A stretch of DNA of 64,000 nt from Kudoa neothunni (lineage: Eukaryota; Animalia; Cnidaria): contig OZ199838.1 in the NCBI GenBank assembly GCA_964304625.1, positions 5,716,178 through 5,780,177 of the forward strand, in the 5' to 3' direction. How positions within the stretch are numbered: position 1 is the first letter of the stretch; every line of letters starts with the position of its first letter. A program made the translations under genes and the position numbers. The notes below the pieces were generated by a model. The model had not been told where the DNA came from and ran no database searches. It saw nothing but the letters and a program-made list of their open reading frames with translations. Of this stretch, positions 42,812 through 53,998 are shown one piece after another.

Positions 42812-43560
42812 CAGTAGGCGACCGTTAATTCGTAGGACCGATAATTCGTAACCTTCCTTAAAACTTTATCCACCCGGTTATAAATATCAGATAACATGTA
42901 TTATGAGTTCTTAATTAAATATAAGTGTTATTTTTATATCTTATGTAATAAAAAGTTTTAAAATTTCGTAATAACCGATAATTCGTAATTATTTCTAAAT
43001 GACCCAAAAAGAATTCACAAATTCATAATTCTTCAAGAGACATATGATATAATTACATATTATGATAGTTTATCGCCCTTAGATTGAAAGACGGAAACTA
43101 TTAAACACTTCAAAATAGGTTATATTTCAAATTTAAATGGCATTTTAGATAAAAGGCTCAAATTAAACAGGCATTTGTGAGTCAATTACTTCTAGCTATA
43201 CGAAGATCAATGCGGAAAGGAAAAGACGATGCTGATCAACGCGTGTATGATTGGCTCATTTGGATGAGGTCGAAAAGCATCGAATTATCGTCCATCGAAA
43301 TAATTAACAACAGAAATGAGATTGATTCTTCTGAAAATGATTTCAAAAATGTTAGCTATGGATGGTTTCGTGACTTTAAAAATAGGTTCAACTTAAAAAA
43401 AATAGTTTCCATGTCGAAGCTATCATGGTACCCATAGGAATCATTACAGATTAGAACACTTAACTTCTTTAAATTCTTGAAAATTATAAAGAGGATCAAA
43501 TATAATATGTCGACAGGACCGCTCTGTTTTATCAATTAACGCCTCTTAAGTGATTCCTAA
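42812..43560 (+). mobile_element. pogo/Tigger remnant (5' end)
   Basis: TA-CAGTAGGCGACC terminus, and a CENP-B-like HTH DQRVYDWL..SYGWFRDFKNRFNL. Confidence 0.65.
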
Positions 43561-43759
43561 ACATGTTTACTTTAATTCCAATAAATTGTTTTTCCGTACA
43601 TTAAATGGAACCCAAAAGTTCTTAATAATGTTATTTCCATTATAACAATTATTTTTTCGCGCCAAAAGAGTGCTTTATTATTTTTTAGTTTTGATTTAAA
43701 TTATGAGTATTCTTAAATCGATGAATCAATAAAAGCCAGTTTTTAATTTTATTTTCATC

Positions 43760-44646
43760 GCGCGCGCAGGAGATTTTGCGAATTAGACGTCACTAGCGTG
43801 AAATTTGTAATTATCCCTGGCCCTGAGGGGATTATGAATTGGTAGTCACCGACTCTAATTTGATTTAAATCGGTTGGAACGATGATAAGAGAAGATATGG
43901 AAGGTTCTATATCATCAGGGAGAGAAGGAGAAGTTTCTTTTTGAATGTGATTGCTTTCTACCGTTAAACTGTAGTTAGTTCGGATGTAGTCAAAGGATGA
44001 GCCACAATTCTGCTCGTAGCGATCGCTGAAATGTCATCAGCGTTTACAAACACTATAAATTCATCTGGCAATGTTCCTTTCTAATTACGAGGATTACCAA
44101 CTTTTCGATCTTTAAAAAAACTGAAGTTTTATCGTTTAAAACAAGTCCTCTTGTTTGCAGGAAGGCACAGAATGAACTTTACAAGACCTTTAAACGCAGG
44201 CGTTGCAAATTTGAATTCAGAACATGTTCAGCATTAACATCTGACTGCGCATTTATTGGCGCCATTGAAAAATTATTATTGTTGGATTTCCCATAATTGG
44301 GTGCAGTGTTATCAGTTCTGGCGGTCTCTGCATCTTTATAAGTTGAATCAGCACAAGTGAATTCATCCTAATGATTATTCAATGTACAGGCACGATCCAA
44401 CCTTATGTTAATAATGTCGTCCGCCGAGCCGTAAATTAATCGAAATCCCTCAAACAAGGAAGAATACAATTAGAAGAGATGGCGGTAATATTTACCCAAT
44501 TTCTTGTATAAGCAGCTTAGGTGCTCTCTATGGGCGCTTTTAAGGAGATAGAGCGAATAAAGACAACACGCGTCGCCTGGAATTTCATATCTCCTAATAT
44601 ACTGGTCCAATCTACCCGATTTTTGCGTCAACAGATTCTCCAGCAT
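43760..44646 (-). pseudogene. Degenerate N-terminal part of a retroelement ORF homologous to 49807-48887
   Basis: ATG 44646 reads MLENLLTQKSGRLDQYIRRYEI..KKLGKYYRHLF*LYSSLFEGF, against LERYVLRYEI..KKVGECYRALLKLYSSLVEEF in the other copy. The left boundary is approximate. Confidence 0.75.
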
Positions 44647-44681
44647 AAAAGAAACATTTTGGTTATAAAGAAAAATTTGCT

Positions 44682-44713
44682 TACGTTCGCAGAGTCGAAC
44701 CCTGGTCGGCTGA
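44682..44713 (-). pseudogene. tRNA-Gly 3'-half fragment
   Basis: 22-nt exact match GAGTCGAACCCTGGTCGGCTGA to the tRNA at 49908-49929, plus a degenerate acceptor strand. The 5' half is absent. Confidence 0.8.
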
Positions 44714-44743
44714 AAAACGAAAATAAGATTAAGTTAGTAATTA

Positions 44744-46190
44744 CAGTCGTGATTGGATATTGCGGGCGCGATGTACTATAAAATACGATTTTTTTTGCGT
44801 TTACGTCGTGTACCAATTAGTAAAAATCAATTTTTTAAATGTAAATATATTATTTAATGTAATGTAATTTATCAAAGTTTGTCGAAAAAGCTTGTAATTT
44901 TAGTTCGTCGGAATCTTTCTCTTGATATTTTTAAAATCCGGTCCTTCATGGGATGTAAAACAAACAATCCGACGGATCTACTTTAATAAAAGCTTCCCTC
45001 AGAACGTTCACTGTATTTTTCATTTGTTTAATTGGAATTTTGATGTCTTCAATGATTGACTCGCTATCGTCAGATTCGTCGCTTATGAGCAATAAGCTCT
45101 CACACCTTCTTGGTCTATAAAGTGACAATAACTTTATTGTCGTAATTTTATTTAATACCTCCAAATATTTTTGATTTTTAAAGCAATTAATAATAATTTG
45201 TGACGGAATACTATCCCAACATTTAGTTAGTGTTATCATTAAGTCAAGCAATGCATATTTTTTTATGGCAGGATCTTTGCATAAAACCATTCGCTTGGTC
45301 ATTGAACTTTTGTACCTGCTTTTAAGATAGCGAATGATGCCTAAATCAAGGGGTTGTAAAATACTAGTTGTATTTTTGGGTAAGAACAAAAATTTGATAT
45401 TTTCAAAGAAATCAATGTTTTTTTGGTAGCCTGGACATTGGTGCAACAGAATTAAAACTTTTCTATCCTGATTTATCATCCTTCGGTTAAACTTTCTCAT
45501 TATTTCTATAAATACACTAGGCGTCATCCATGCACTTTTGTGTGCATAATATTCAAATGGGAGGTGTTTGGCTCTTAAAACATCTGGGATTTTGAAATTT
45601 CTCTATAACAACTAATGGGAACTTAACTCCATTTAAAGCTGAGGACGGTAAAACAGTCACCCTTTTTTTGGATAATTTTTCTCCTTAATTCCGGCTTCCT
45701 CCTTTAAAACGTAACTACTATTTTGTAACTGCTCATAATAAAGAGCAGTTTCGTCGATGTTTATAACGTCTTTTGGATTATATACTCTAATCGAATAAAT
45801 GTTTTCAATAATCCATGAGTCGACAGATGCAACATCTGCACTCGCAGCCCCTCCATTGAACTTTTTGAAAACTATCCCATATCTTGACTTGAACCTTCAA
45901 AGCCGCCCCTTGCTGTCCTTAAAATTGGAAACTTTGTTCTCATTTGCAATATAAGAAGCCTTTTTGATAATCGCATCTCCCAACAGAACGTTACCATTCG
46001 ACGGTTGTTTAACAAACCAATCGTACACTTCATCGTCTATATTTTTTAATCTGTCTGCCGAATGTCTCTCCCTTTTACTTTCAGTATCTGTATTTTTTAA
46101 TTTATCTTCGTGCGAAAGAATTTTATCAAGTGTTGAATGACCTTAATTGTGATTTTACATTAATATTCAATAGAAGACTAGGCTAAATTA
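44744..46190 (-). mobile_element. pogo/Tigger (CENP-B, DDE_1) transposon remnant
   Basis: TA-CAGTCG terminus, with INIDETALYY, KSAWMTPSVF, RKVLILL and FLPKNTTSILQPLDLGII. Confidence 0.88.
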
Positions 46191-46195
46191 CAATG

Positions 46196-47134
46196 GCCGT
46201 GCATCCAATGGGGAAAAATGAAACACCTCGCAAAATGTCGGAAAAATAAATTTTTACTATTTAAAAACCATTATATATTTAAATAAAGTCGATAATTCTT
46301 TTCTACTATATTTTCTTCGAAACATGAAATCAACAACATAGTTAAGAAGTGTTTCTGGGGTTTTATTTGTGGCATTTCTATATTTTCTTTTAAAGCCCCC
46401 ATGTAGCTTCTATTTTGTTTGTGTGAACCTCGCTAGATGAAACAAATTCGGTTGTATGGTTAACAACTTCATGGAAGTAGCCTATAGAATTTGCATTTCT
46501 ATATCCACCCCGGCAGTCAGACCATATCATGGAGCCAACTTCGACATTTCTCGAAATGATCATCTCCAGAGTTTGTTGGTTTCTTACTGTCGTTATCTCC
46601 ATAAAAACGTTGCCAATTTCGTCGATTCTTCCCACAATCCACTGCTCATGATTAGTCAAAATTCTACCTACATTGTATTTGCGTTTGCAAATTAAGCTTT
46701 CATCAACTTGGACAATCATTCTTGTCGCTCCAATTTTGGTAGAATTGCAGATAAAATAATTACAATATATATCGCGGATGAAGTTCTTCCAACCAAATAC
46801 TGTTTTCGATGTCACCTTTTTTTCTTTGATTAAAAAATCTTGATTGTAAATATCATTCGAATAATAATACAGCAACTTCAATATTTGACTGAAACTTAGA
46901 CAACTTCTTTCAAAACACTAACCTCTTCTAATAAAAAAATATTTTCGACATTTGTTACAATGAAAGATATAACCATCTGTAACACTTGCTATTTTTGTTA
47001 ACGACATAGAGTCGCCACAACAGTTCACGTTCTTCGCAATTAAGCCAAAATGCATCATAAATTTGACGCACTACTCCGTATTTAAGTCCAACAAATCAAT
47101 AAAAAATATATTAATGTCTTCTAAGTTGATGGTA
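46196..47134 (-). mobile_element. Merlin transposon, 5'-truncated and disrupted
   Basis: VQVDESLICKRKYNVGR, IWSDC and HTNKIEATW, related to the 17-kb copy. The N-terminus abuts the retroelement at 47135. Confidence 0.88.
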
Positions 47135-49807
47135 CTAATTTCTGGCAGAGGAACTTTCTGGCAGAGGAACAACGACATTCATTTGGCGGCGTGCCAATAT
47201 TAATCCGATTATAGCAACGAAGACCATTTGCGCGCGCACTGACACTAAACCCCACTTTAGCCCGGCTTTTTTATCCTCATGATTCATTAGGACAATGTCA
47301 GGTCGGCGGTTTGAGGCAATGTTGGGGATTTGTTGATTAGTCCTGAGCTCCCAATTTTTGAAAGGTTGTATCTTCTTTATGATGAGCTCGAGGACCTTGT
47401 CATGTCGGTGGGTTTGTTGGTTATTCGATATTCTGCACCCGTTGAGAACGTGGCGGAGGGTTTTGACATCACAGTTACAGTGTCTACACCGTTGATCAGG
47501 GGCTCTCTGTGTTTTGTTGAGGACGGCCTTCGTCGGCAAATAGTTGATGCGTCCTAGGATACCAAATCTGTACGTTGATAAATCAATGTTACCTGTTCGG
47601 ATCCAGGAGTTTGCTGTTTTCTGGTCGCCAACGGAGATGAAGGATCTTGCTTGATTGAACATTCCTGCCCAGTCATTAAGGTGAAGCAGTTGATAATTCC
47701 GTCGTAGCCGTTTGATACGGGTAATATATGGGCTTCGATAGGGGTTACCACGGTTTTCACCAAAGATATCCTCAGGTTTGACGGGGGTGTCGAGGTCGAT
47801 ATTGGTGGGGTCGTCGTCATCTTCGTCTTTGAGGGCGAGTTGAATCTTCAAGGCCTTCCGATTCGTTCTCATCGAAGACAGAAGTAATTTGATGTCTCGA
47901 GTGGGAACCTTGCTCTCTTTCGAGATTAAGGTAGTCCACTGGACTCAAGGGGTTGGCCTTGGTCCGTTTGGCGACGACGGTTTTGAGGGATTCTCTGGAG
48001 ACAAACTTGACGCGGTGATCGGTTTCGTGACTTCTCGAAAGCATCATTTCGCATTTTTGCGATACAAACCGCGAAGTCGACGAGTTTTTGCTTGCTCGGA
48101 GGTTCGTTCTTGTTGAGATGGTGTAATAGGAACTGCCGGTTGCGAGAATTCGTTTTCTTGCTGGTGGAGCTCGAATGATTGGGATGCTTGTGCTTCTTTC
48201 GGTGGTTGGTTGGCTCTCTTAATTTGAGGCTCAAAAAACATGCCGAGACCTTTTGACAGGTTTTGACATCTGTCAATAAAGGTGTTGTAGAGGACAAGGG
48301 GTTCCAATCGGTTGTTGTGGTTGAGGAATATTTTGAGGTCTTTTGAGACCTCAGATATCTTCACTTGCTGAGCCGATTTCTGCTCTCTTTGCTTCTCGGA
48401 GTAGGATTTTGATATTGGAGAAGCATCGGTCGCGTCAACAGTGGCTGCAACGTTGGAAGTGGTGGGAATTGGGGATTGAACTTCTGAAGGGGTGGATGGA
48501 TGGCTGTTGAGTTCCATCGTTATCATCAGAAGGAGATTGAGAAGGTTGGGTGGACGGAGAGTTGGAGAAAACGCAGTTTTCTCTGACATCTCGGAGGAAG
48601 GAATCAATTTCTTGCGTAACTGGTTCATTTGAAGATGGAGAAGGGGATTTGGTGAGTTTGGATGGGTGGGAAACCGTATTTGTATATGGGATGTCTGGAT
48701 TTCTTCTTTTTTGGAGACGAAATTCAGATTCGAACTCGAATGTGGGAAATTCATCATCAGCTTTGTCATTATCAGCAGGAGCATCGGGTGCAGCTAATGG
48801 TGAAGTGAAGGTTGAGTGGAACGAAGCAGTGGATGAGATGGAACAAGTTTCATCATCATCGTTTCTGTTTAGATCGATTTTTCCGTTTAAAACGAAAAAA
48901 TCGCGGGTTTTGGTTGTCGTTGAGGGTTCACTGGGTTGGTTTTCAGCAAACACATCTTCAACAGCCACAGTAAGTTGCTTGGGTGGAATGTCATCGTCAT
49001 TGACATTAGTGTTGGTGGATTGGGAGGAGGAAGTTGAACAGACGGTGTGGAAGTGTCTGTATCGTCAATGTCTTCAGCAGAAGTGTTGTTATTGGAAGGA
49101 ATGGAGGTTGTAGATGAAATGGAAGTTGTAGGAAGAGAATTGGTTTGTGGAAGTGCAATAATTTTGGTCGGTGTTAGCACAAGTAGGTTATCCGAGCTCA
49201 TAACGTTCGAAAAGAGGCCATTTGCAGCATGTTCATCGACAATTAGCACTTCCAGTTCAGTCAATTTCCGTTCGTACGTCGCTTGTAGACGTTGGAATAG
49301 TACTTTTTTGGCTATGGGCATTCTCGTCACCATTTTGAGTAGTTCTGAGAGTGGTAGCCGCTTGATATTGGCTGTAAAGGGAGAAACCAGCGAAATTGCA
49401 GTATGGTGACCGCACATGGCGGCCATTGTTGTTGCTTCTTCTGTTGGTTCTCCAGCATCAGTACCAGTAGTATACGAAAGATCATCAGAATTAGCTAAAA
49501 CAACTTCGTTCGAAGCTGTGTCAACTAATCCAGAGTCTCCATTATTAGTGGTAGCATTGTTAAACACTGTGTCAACAATGTCGACAAATGTTTCATCCAA
49601 TGCTACGAATTCTTCCACCAGGGAAGAATATAATTTTAGTAAGGCACGGTAACATTCACCGACCTTCTTTTCTATAGGCTTCAATCGCCTTCGTTTCTCA
49701 GTGCTTTCAAGATACGACAAATAACAATGTCGGAAGACATCACTAATTTCGTATCTCAGCACGTAGCGCTCCAAATTCAAAAAACTAGGCATCGTTAGAA
49801 TCGCCAC
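47135..49807 (-). mobile_element. RLE-type non-LTR retrotransposon (NeSL/R2-like), RT domain deleted, frameshifted
   Basis: GC-richer island. Pre-RT motif RLRGLYRKNAK*CFREV is joined directly to post-RT VKFVSRESLKTVV. Then come RFGILGRINYLPT, CCHC knuckle CRHC..TLRHVLNGC, RHDKV and RLE RRPDIV. Confidence 0.88.
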
Positions 49808-49895
49808 AACTTTCTAAACTAAATAACAGAAAAAGCAGAAGCAACAAACTTCGGCAAGTTTGAGAAGCGTATGCAAAAAAGAAAAAACGACAGGC

Positions 49896-49967
49896 TGCGT
49901 CCGCAGGGAGTCGAACCCTGGTCGGCTGATTGGAAGTCAGCCATAATAACCGTTATACGACGAACGC
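49896..49967 (-). tRNA. tRNA-Gly (anticodon TCC)
   Basis: GCGTTCG TCGTATAACGGTTATTATG GCTGA CTTCCAA TCAGC CGAC CAGGG TTCGACT CCCTG CGGACGC A (72 nt). Acceptor, anticodon and T stems pair, and a T6 terminator follows 8 nt downstream. Confidence 0.93.
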
Positions 49968-50022
49968 AAAGCTCACGGGTAAGTCGTTTAAGAATAATCT
50001 ATATATAATTTTTGTTGGTATA

Positions 50023-52545
50023 CAGTATTTCATGATCAAATTGCAATTCGATCGCATGATATTGCAACTTCAATTTTAAATATCTATTTTCTTATATTTC
50101 TGTTGATAAAATTAAAAATGATATTAGAGAAATTATTATTACTTCACATAAAGTGATTTATCGGATAATTTGAAAAGTTAAACAAGTTTTTGTTGACGGG
50201 CCAAACAAAGAAATAGCTAAGGCTGTTAAGGCACATGAAAGTACTATTAACGGAATAAATAAAAAGTATTATTCATCTGGGAGTTGTGTTCGAATTAAGG
50301 TGGTAATCGACGATCAAAATTAATAGACGACTTTATAGATCATATAAAAAAATTAATCATCGATGATCGTTCGATATCACTTAAAGCTATTCGTGAAAAA
50401 TTTAATATTGTTGTATCTAAACAATGTGTAAATAAAGCAATAAGCGATTTTAATTACCGTATATACTCGTGTATAAGTCGCACTTTTTTTTCAAAAACTA
50501 CTTCGAAAACCGTATGCGACTCGTACACGAGACATCGACGTAAAAATTAGGCTGGTAGTTAGTAATATATATAAATCATCCGTAATAAGTTTATGTTCTA
50601 CTTTTTATTATTATATATAAAAAAATATTGTTTTAATTAAAATGACGGAATTATTTTGTTGATATTTAATATGTATTTCGCTTATGTTGGAATAATGAGT
50701 TCCATTAAAAAAAGACATCGCAATGACGCCAAATTCGAATTAAAAGTTGCAAAATATGCTATCGAATGTGACAACAATCGACTTTCGACTAATAAAAATG
50801 GAGTTAACAAACTGCAAGTACGCGATTGGAGAAAATCTTTCCTGCAGTTGGAAGAAATGCCAGTTTCAAAAAGAAATCAATAGGGGAAAGAAGCCAAAAT
50901 TTATTCGCGAAGAGGAAGAGTTAAACAGGTGGATAAACGAAATAAGACAAAGCGGATACGTAGTGACGCGCGGAGCGACTCATTTAAAATCCAAAGATAT
51001 TATAAGGACTCAAACTTTAAAGCATCGGCTGGATGGTGCACGCGTTTTAGGAACAGGCATGGTTTATCTCTTAGACAAAGGACCAAAATTTGCCAAAAAC
51101 TCCCGTCCGATTTGGAAGGCAAGATTATCAACTTTCATAAATATGTTATAGATATAAGGAAAAAGATAAATTATGATCTTAGTCGAATTGGAAACATGGA
51201 CGAAACACCTATGTATTTTGATGCTCCTGGTAACCGGACAGTTGATGATAATGGAACCAAAACCGTGACGATTAGAACAACTGGCCACGAAAAAACACAC
51301 CTTACTTTCGTTTTAACCCGTATGGCGGATGGAACTAAATTGTCTCCAATGATAATTTTTAAACGGAAAACATTTCCAAAAGAAAAGTTCCCTCTTGGAG
51401 TCGCTATTCATGTTCACGAGAAAGTATGGTCTCGTCGCCTAGGCGGTAATTTGGATAAAAAATTAAGTCTATTAGTTTGGGATAAGTTCTGAGCTCATCT
51501 CGTTTATGATGTCAAACAATGTGTCAAAAACTACTATAAAACAGATACTGCTGTTATTCCTTCGGGCTTAACCTCAATATTACAATCTTTAGATACTTCT
51601 TTAAATTTTCCATTCAAATGTAAAGTACGCGATCAATGGATCAAATGGATATCAAACGGATTGACGGAAAAGACAGCATCCGGAAATTTTAAGAGACCTG
51701 CATCAGCATTGGTAGCTAAATGGGTGAAAGATTCTTGACTCTCCATAGACACGAGTATAATTAAGAAATCGTTCAAAAAATATGGCATTTCTAATGCGAT
51801 GGATGAAACTGAAGACGATGGAGCACATAGTAAGACGGAAGTAGAGATGGACGAGATTTACGACGATACTTTGACATCAGAACAAAGTGCACGCCTTTTT
51901 GATGAGGATGAGTTTTCGTCAGCTAAGGATGATGATGACGACAATGAATATCAATAATTTGTTAATTTTTTTATATAATCATTAATTTTTTATATAATGA
52001 ATATTTTCTTTTTTGTATTAAAATAATCAGATTTTATTTAAAATATACTTTGTCAAGCGCTAAATGTTTAAGCATTAATAAATTTTTGGTTTATGACTGC
52101 GACTTATATTCGAGTATATACGGTACTTCTGAAATGTATTTCTGTGATATCTCAAGTTGGGAATAGCGCTGAAAATATACGAACAAGATATGAGTAAAAG
52201 TTATCATTTAAAACAATTCTATAATTTATATAGATACGTAATGGAATTATTGAGGCTTAAAGAAGAACACGAAGAAATATTCTTGGATGAGACTGGACTT
52301 TCCTTGTCAATGAGGCGCAAGTTAGGCAGATCAGCCCCCCGAACACGAGCTAATCTAAGAATGTGACTCCTATTGCCGCGATGAGTCAAAAAAAATTATG
52401 GACATTTAGTATTGAGCACGGAAGTGTGAACACTTTAATTTTTAAAAATTTTATTTTAGATCGTTTAAAAGGTTTACGTCGAAATAATATCGCAAAAGCC
52501 TCATAATAATGCATAATGTTCCCCTCCATGAATCAACAATTCGTA
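50023..52545 (+). mobile_element. Tc1/IS630 remnant interrupted by a pogo insertion
   Basis: SISLKAIREK..VSKQCVNKAISDFNY lies before the insertion; EIFLDETGLSLSMRRKLGRS and IIMHNVPLH lie after it. Confidence 0.7.
50457..52123 (+). mobile_element. pogo transposon (POGK/Tigger-like), full length with frameshifts
   Basis: TIRs CCGTATATACTCGTGTATAAGTCGC / GCGACTTATATTCGAGTATATACGG with TA TSD. Motifs FKASAGWCTRF, IGNMDETPMYFD, TTGHEK, LVWDKF and IPSGLTSILQSLD. Confidence 0.93.
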
Positions 52546-52559
52546 AGACTTTAGTAAGT

Positions 52560-53279
52560 CCATAACAGCTAAATTAAAACGGTGGGAGGCGCAGCCAACT
52601 AATGGCAAATTACATCGACTTGCCAACGCTTTATTGACTGGAGCGTTGCCACCACAAATCGCCACGATATTATCAAGAGATTTCTCATATATTTCAAAAA
52701 TATATTCAATTAATTCATAATGATTGTCGGAAGTGAATCCCCCTCTTTCAGCATTAGCGAAAATGATAAAAGGACGGTCTCATAGTTTAGTGAATTATTT
52801 TACGTTGTACGCAGCAAAAACAGCTACAAGATTGGTCGAATTTTTGGTCCAACCGTCAAGAATGATATAAAACGTTGAAGGTAAAAGGTCAGAAATTTTT
52901 TTTCCATCGCCATTGTTAAGTCCATATACTTTTTGAATGTGTCTACCTAAACCGGGGAAAGGCTAGTATACATCCTCGTAAGATCATCTTCAACAAAGCT
53001 AAATGGTTTTAGTCCACAACAGATCCAATTTAGCCAATCATAGATAGTTTTCCCCTTATTTGTTTTTTTAAAAGTACTAAAAAAATTTTCCAGGGTTAAA
53101 GGCGCTCTTATCATTTGTTTATATTCTAAGTGTTGTGACTTTATGTGGCGAAAAAGATTCGTCCAACCAGTATTTATTTTTTTTGTTAACTCTTCGCCGC
53201 ATTTACACTTCCATCTTGATTTTTCTGAATCTGTTTCATTAAAAAACATTTTCACAATTTCTTTTGTATCGTGGCTCAT
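52560..53279 (-). pseudogene. hAT (Ac-like) transposase 5' remnant with BED-like zinc finger
   Basis: WKCKCG..GWTNLFRHIKSQH, LKPFSFVED, ILDGWT and downstream DN..GCASHRFNL fragments. Confidence 0.8.
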
Positions 53280-53998
53280 TTTGCAACAACAACGCGAGGA
53301 GTAGGGATCAAAACATTGTTAGTAAATTTAGTTTCTTGATCCTACTTTAACCTTATATATTGTTTTTAATGTCCAATATCTTATCTTATTTTGCGTTATG
53401 CCCTCACAATATAGATTTATTGTGGTTTTATTACTTTAAAATTATTTTATACTAGCGTTTTTAAGCACACATAGATCAACTTATGATAAATGAAACCTCA
53501 TCGTCTATCATTAACATTAGGGAGTAACATAATGATATCAAATAGGGGTTAATCGTAGTATTTTTATAAAGAAGAATTAATCCGTCAACTATTAAAATTT
53601 TTTGTAGGTTTAACTTCTAACACCGTCATTCTTCTATTCGCCACTGAAGTTGATTGGCAAACAGTATTAGAACGTTTGAGTTATACAGCATTTGCATTTG
53701 CAATAAAACACAATATAAGAACAATAATAAATAAATAAATAAGTGCCCACGCTCTGAACAAAAATTATTTGTAAATCTCTGATACTGGGGGGTCTCATTC
53801 AAAATATTAAAAGTTGTCAGCAAACAATACTTGCCGAGCCATTTCTGTGCATACGCAGTGATAAAGCATGATTTTTACCTTTAATGATTGTATCTACATT
53901 AATCCATGTTGATCCTAATTGGGCCATATGACTTATTTCCCGAGTTTTTACTATATAAAGTTAAGCTTTAAAACATTTGAAGTAAAGAGAATTTTGAT

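Noticed and set aside
42508-42897. 129-aa minus-strand ORF
   Set aside because: It is chimeric: it starts inside a pogo terminus. The remainder may be retroelement linker but could not be assigned.
48550-49652. Long + strand ORFs (187, 120 and 78 aa)
   Set aside because: They are antisense shadows of the GC-richer retroelement ORF.
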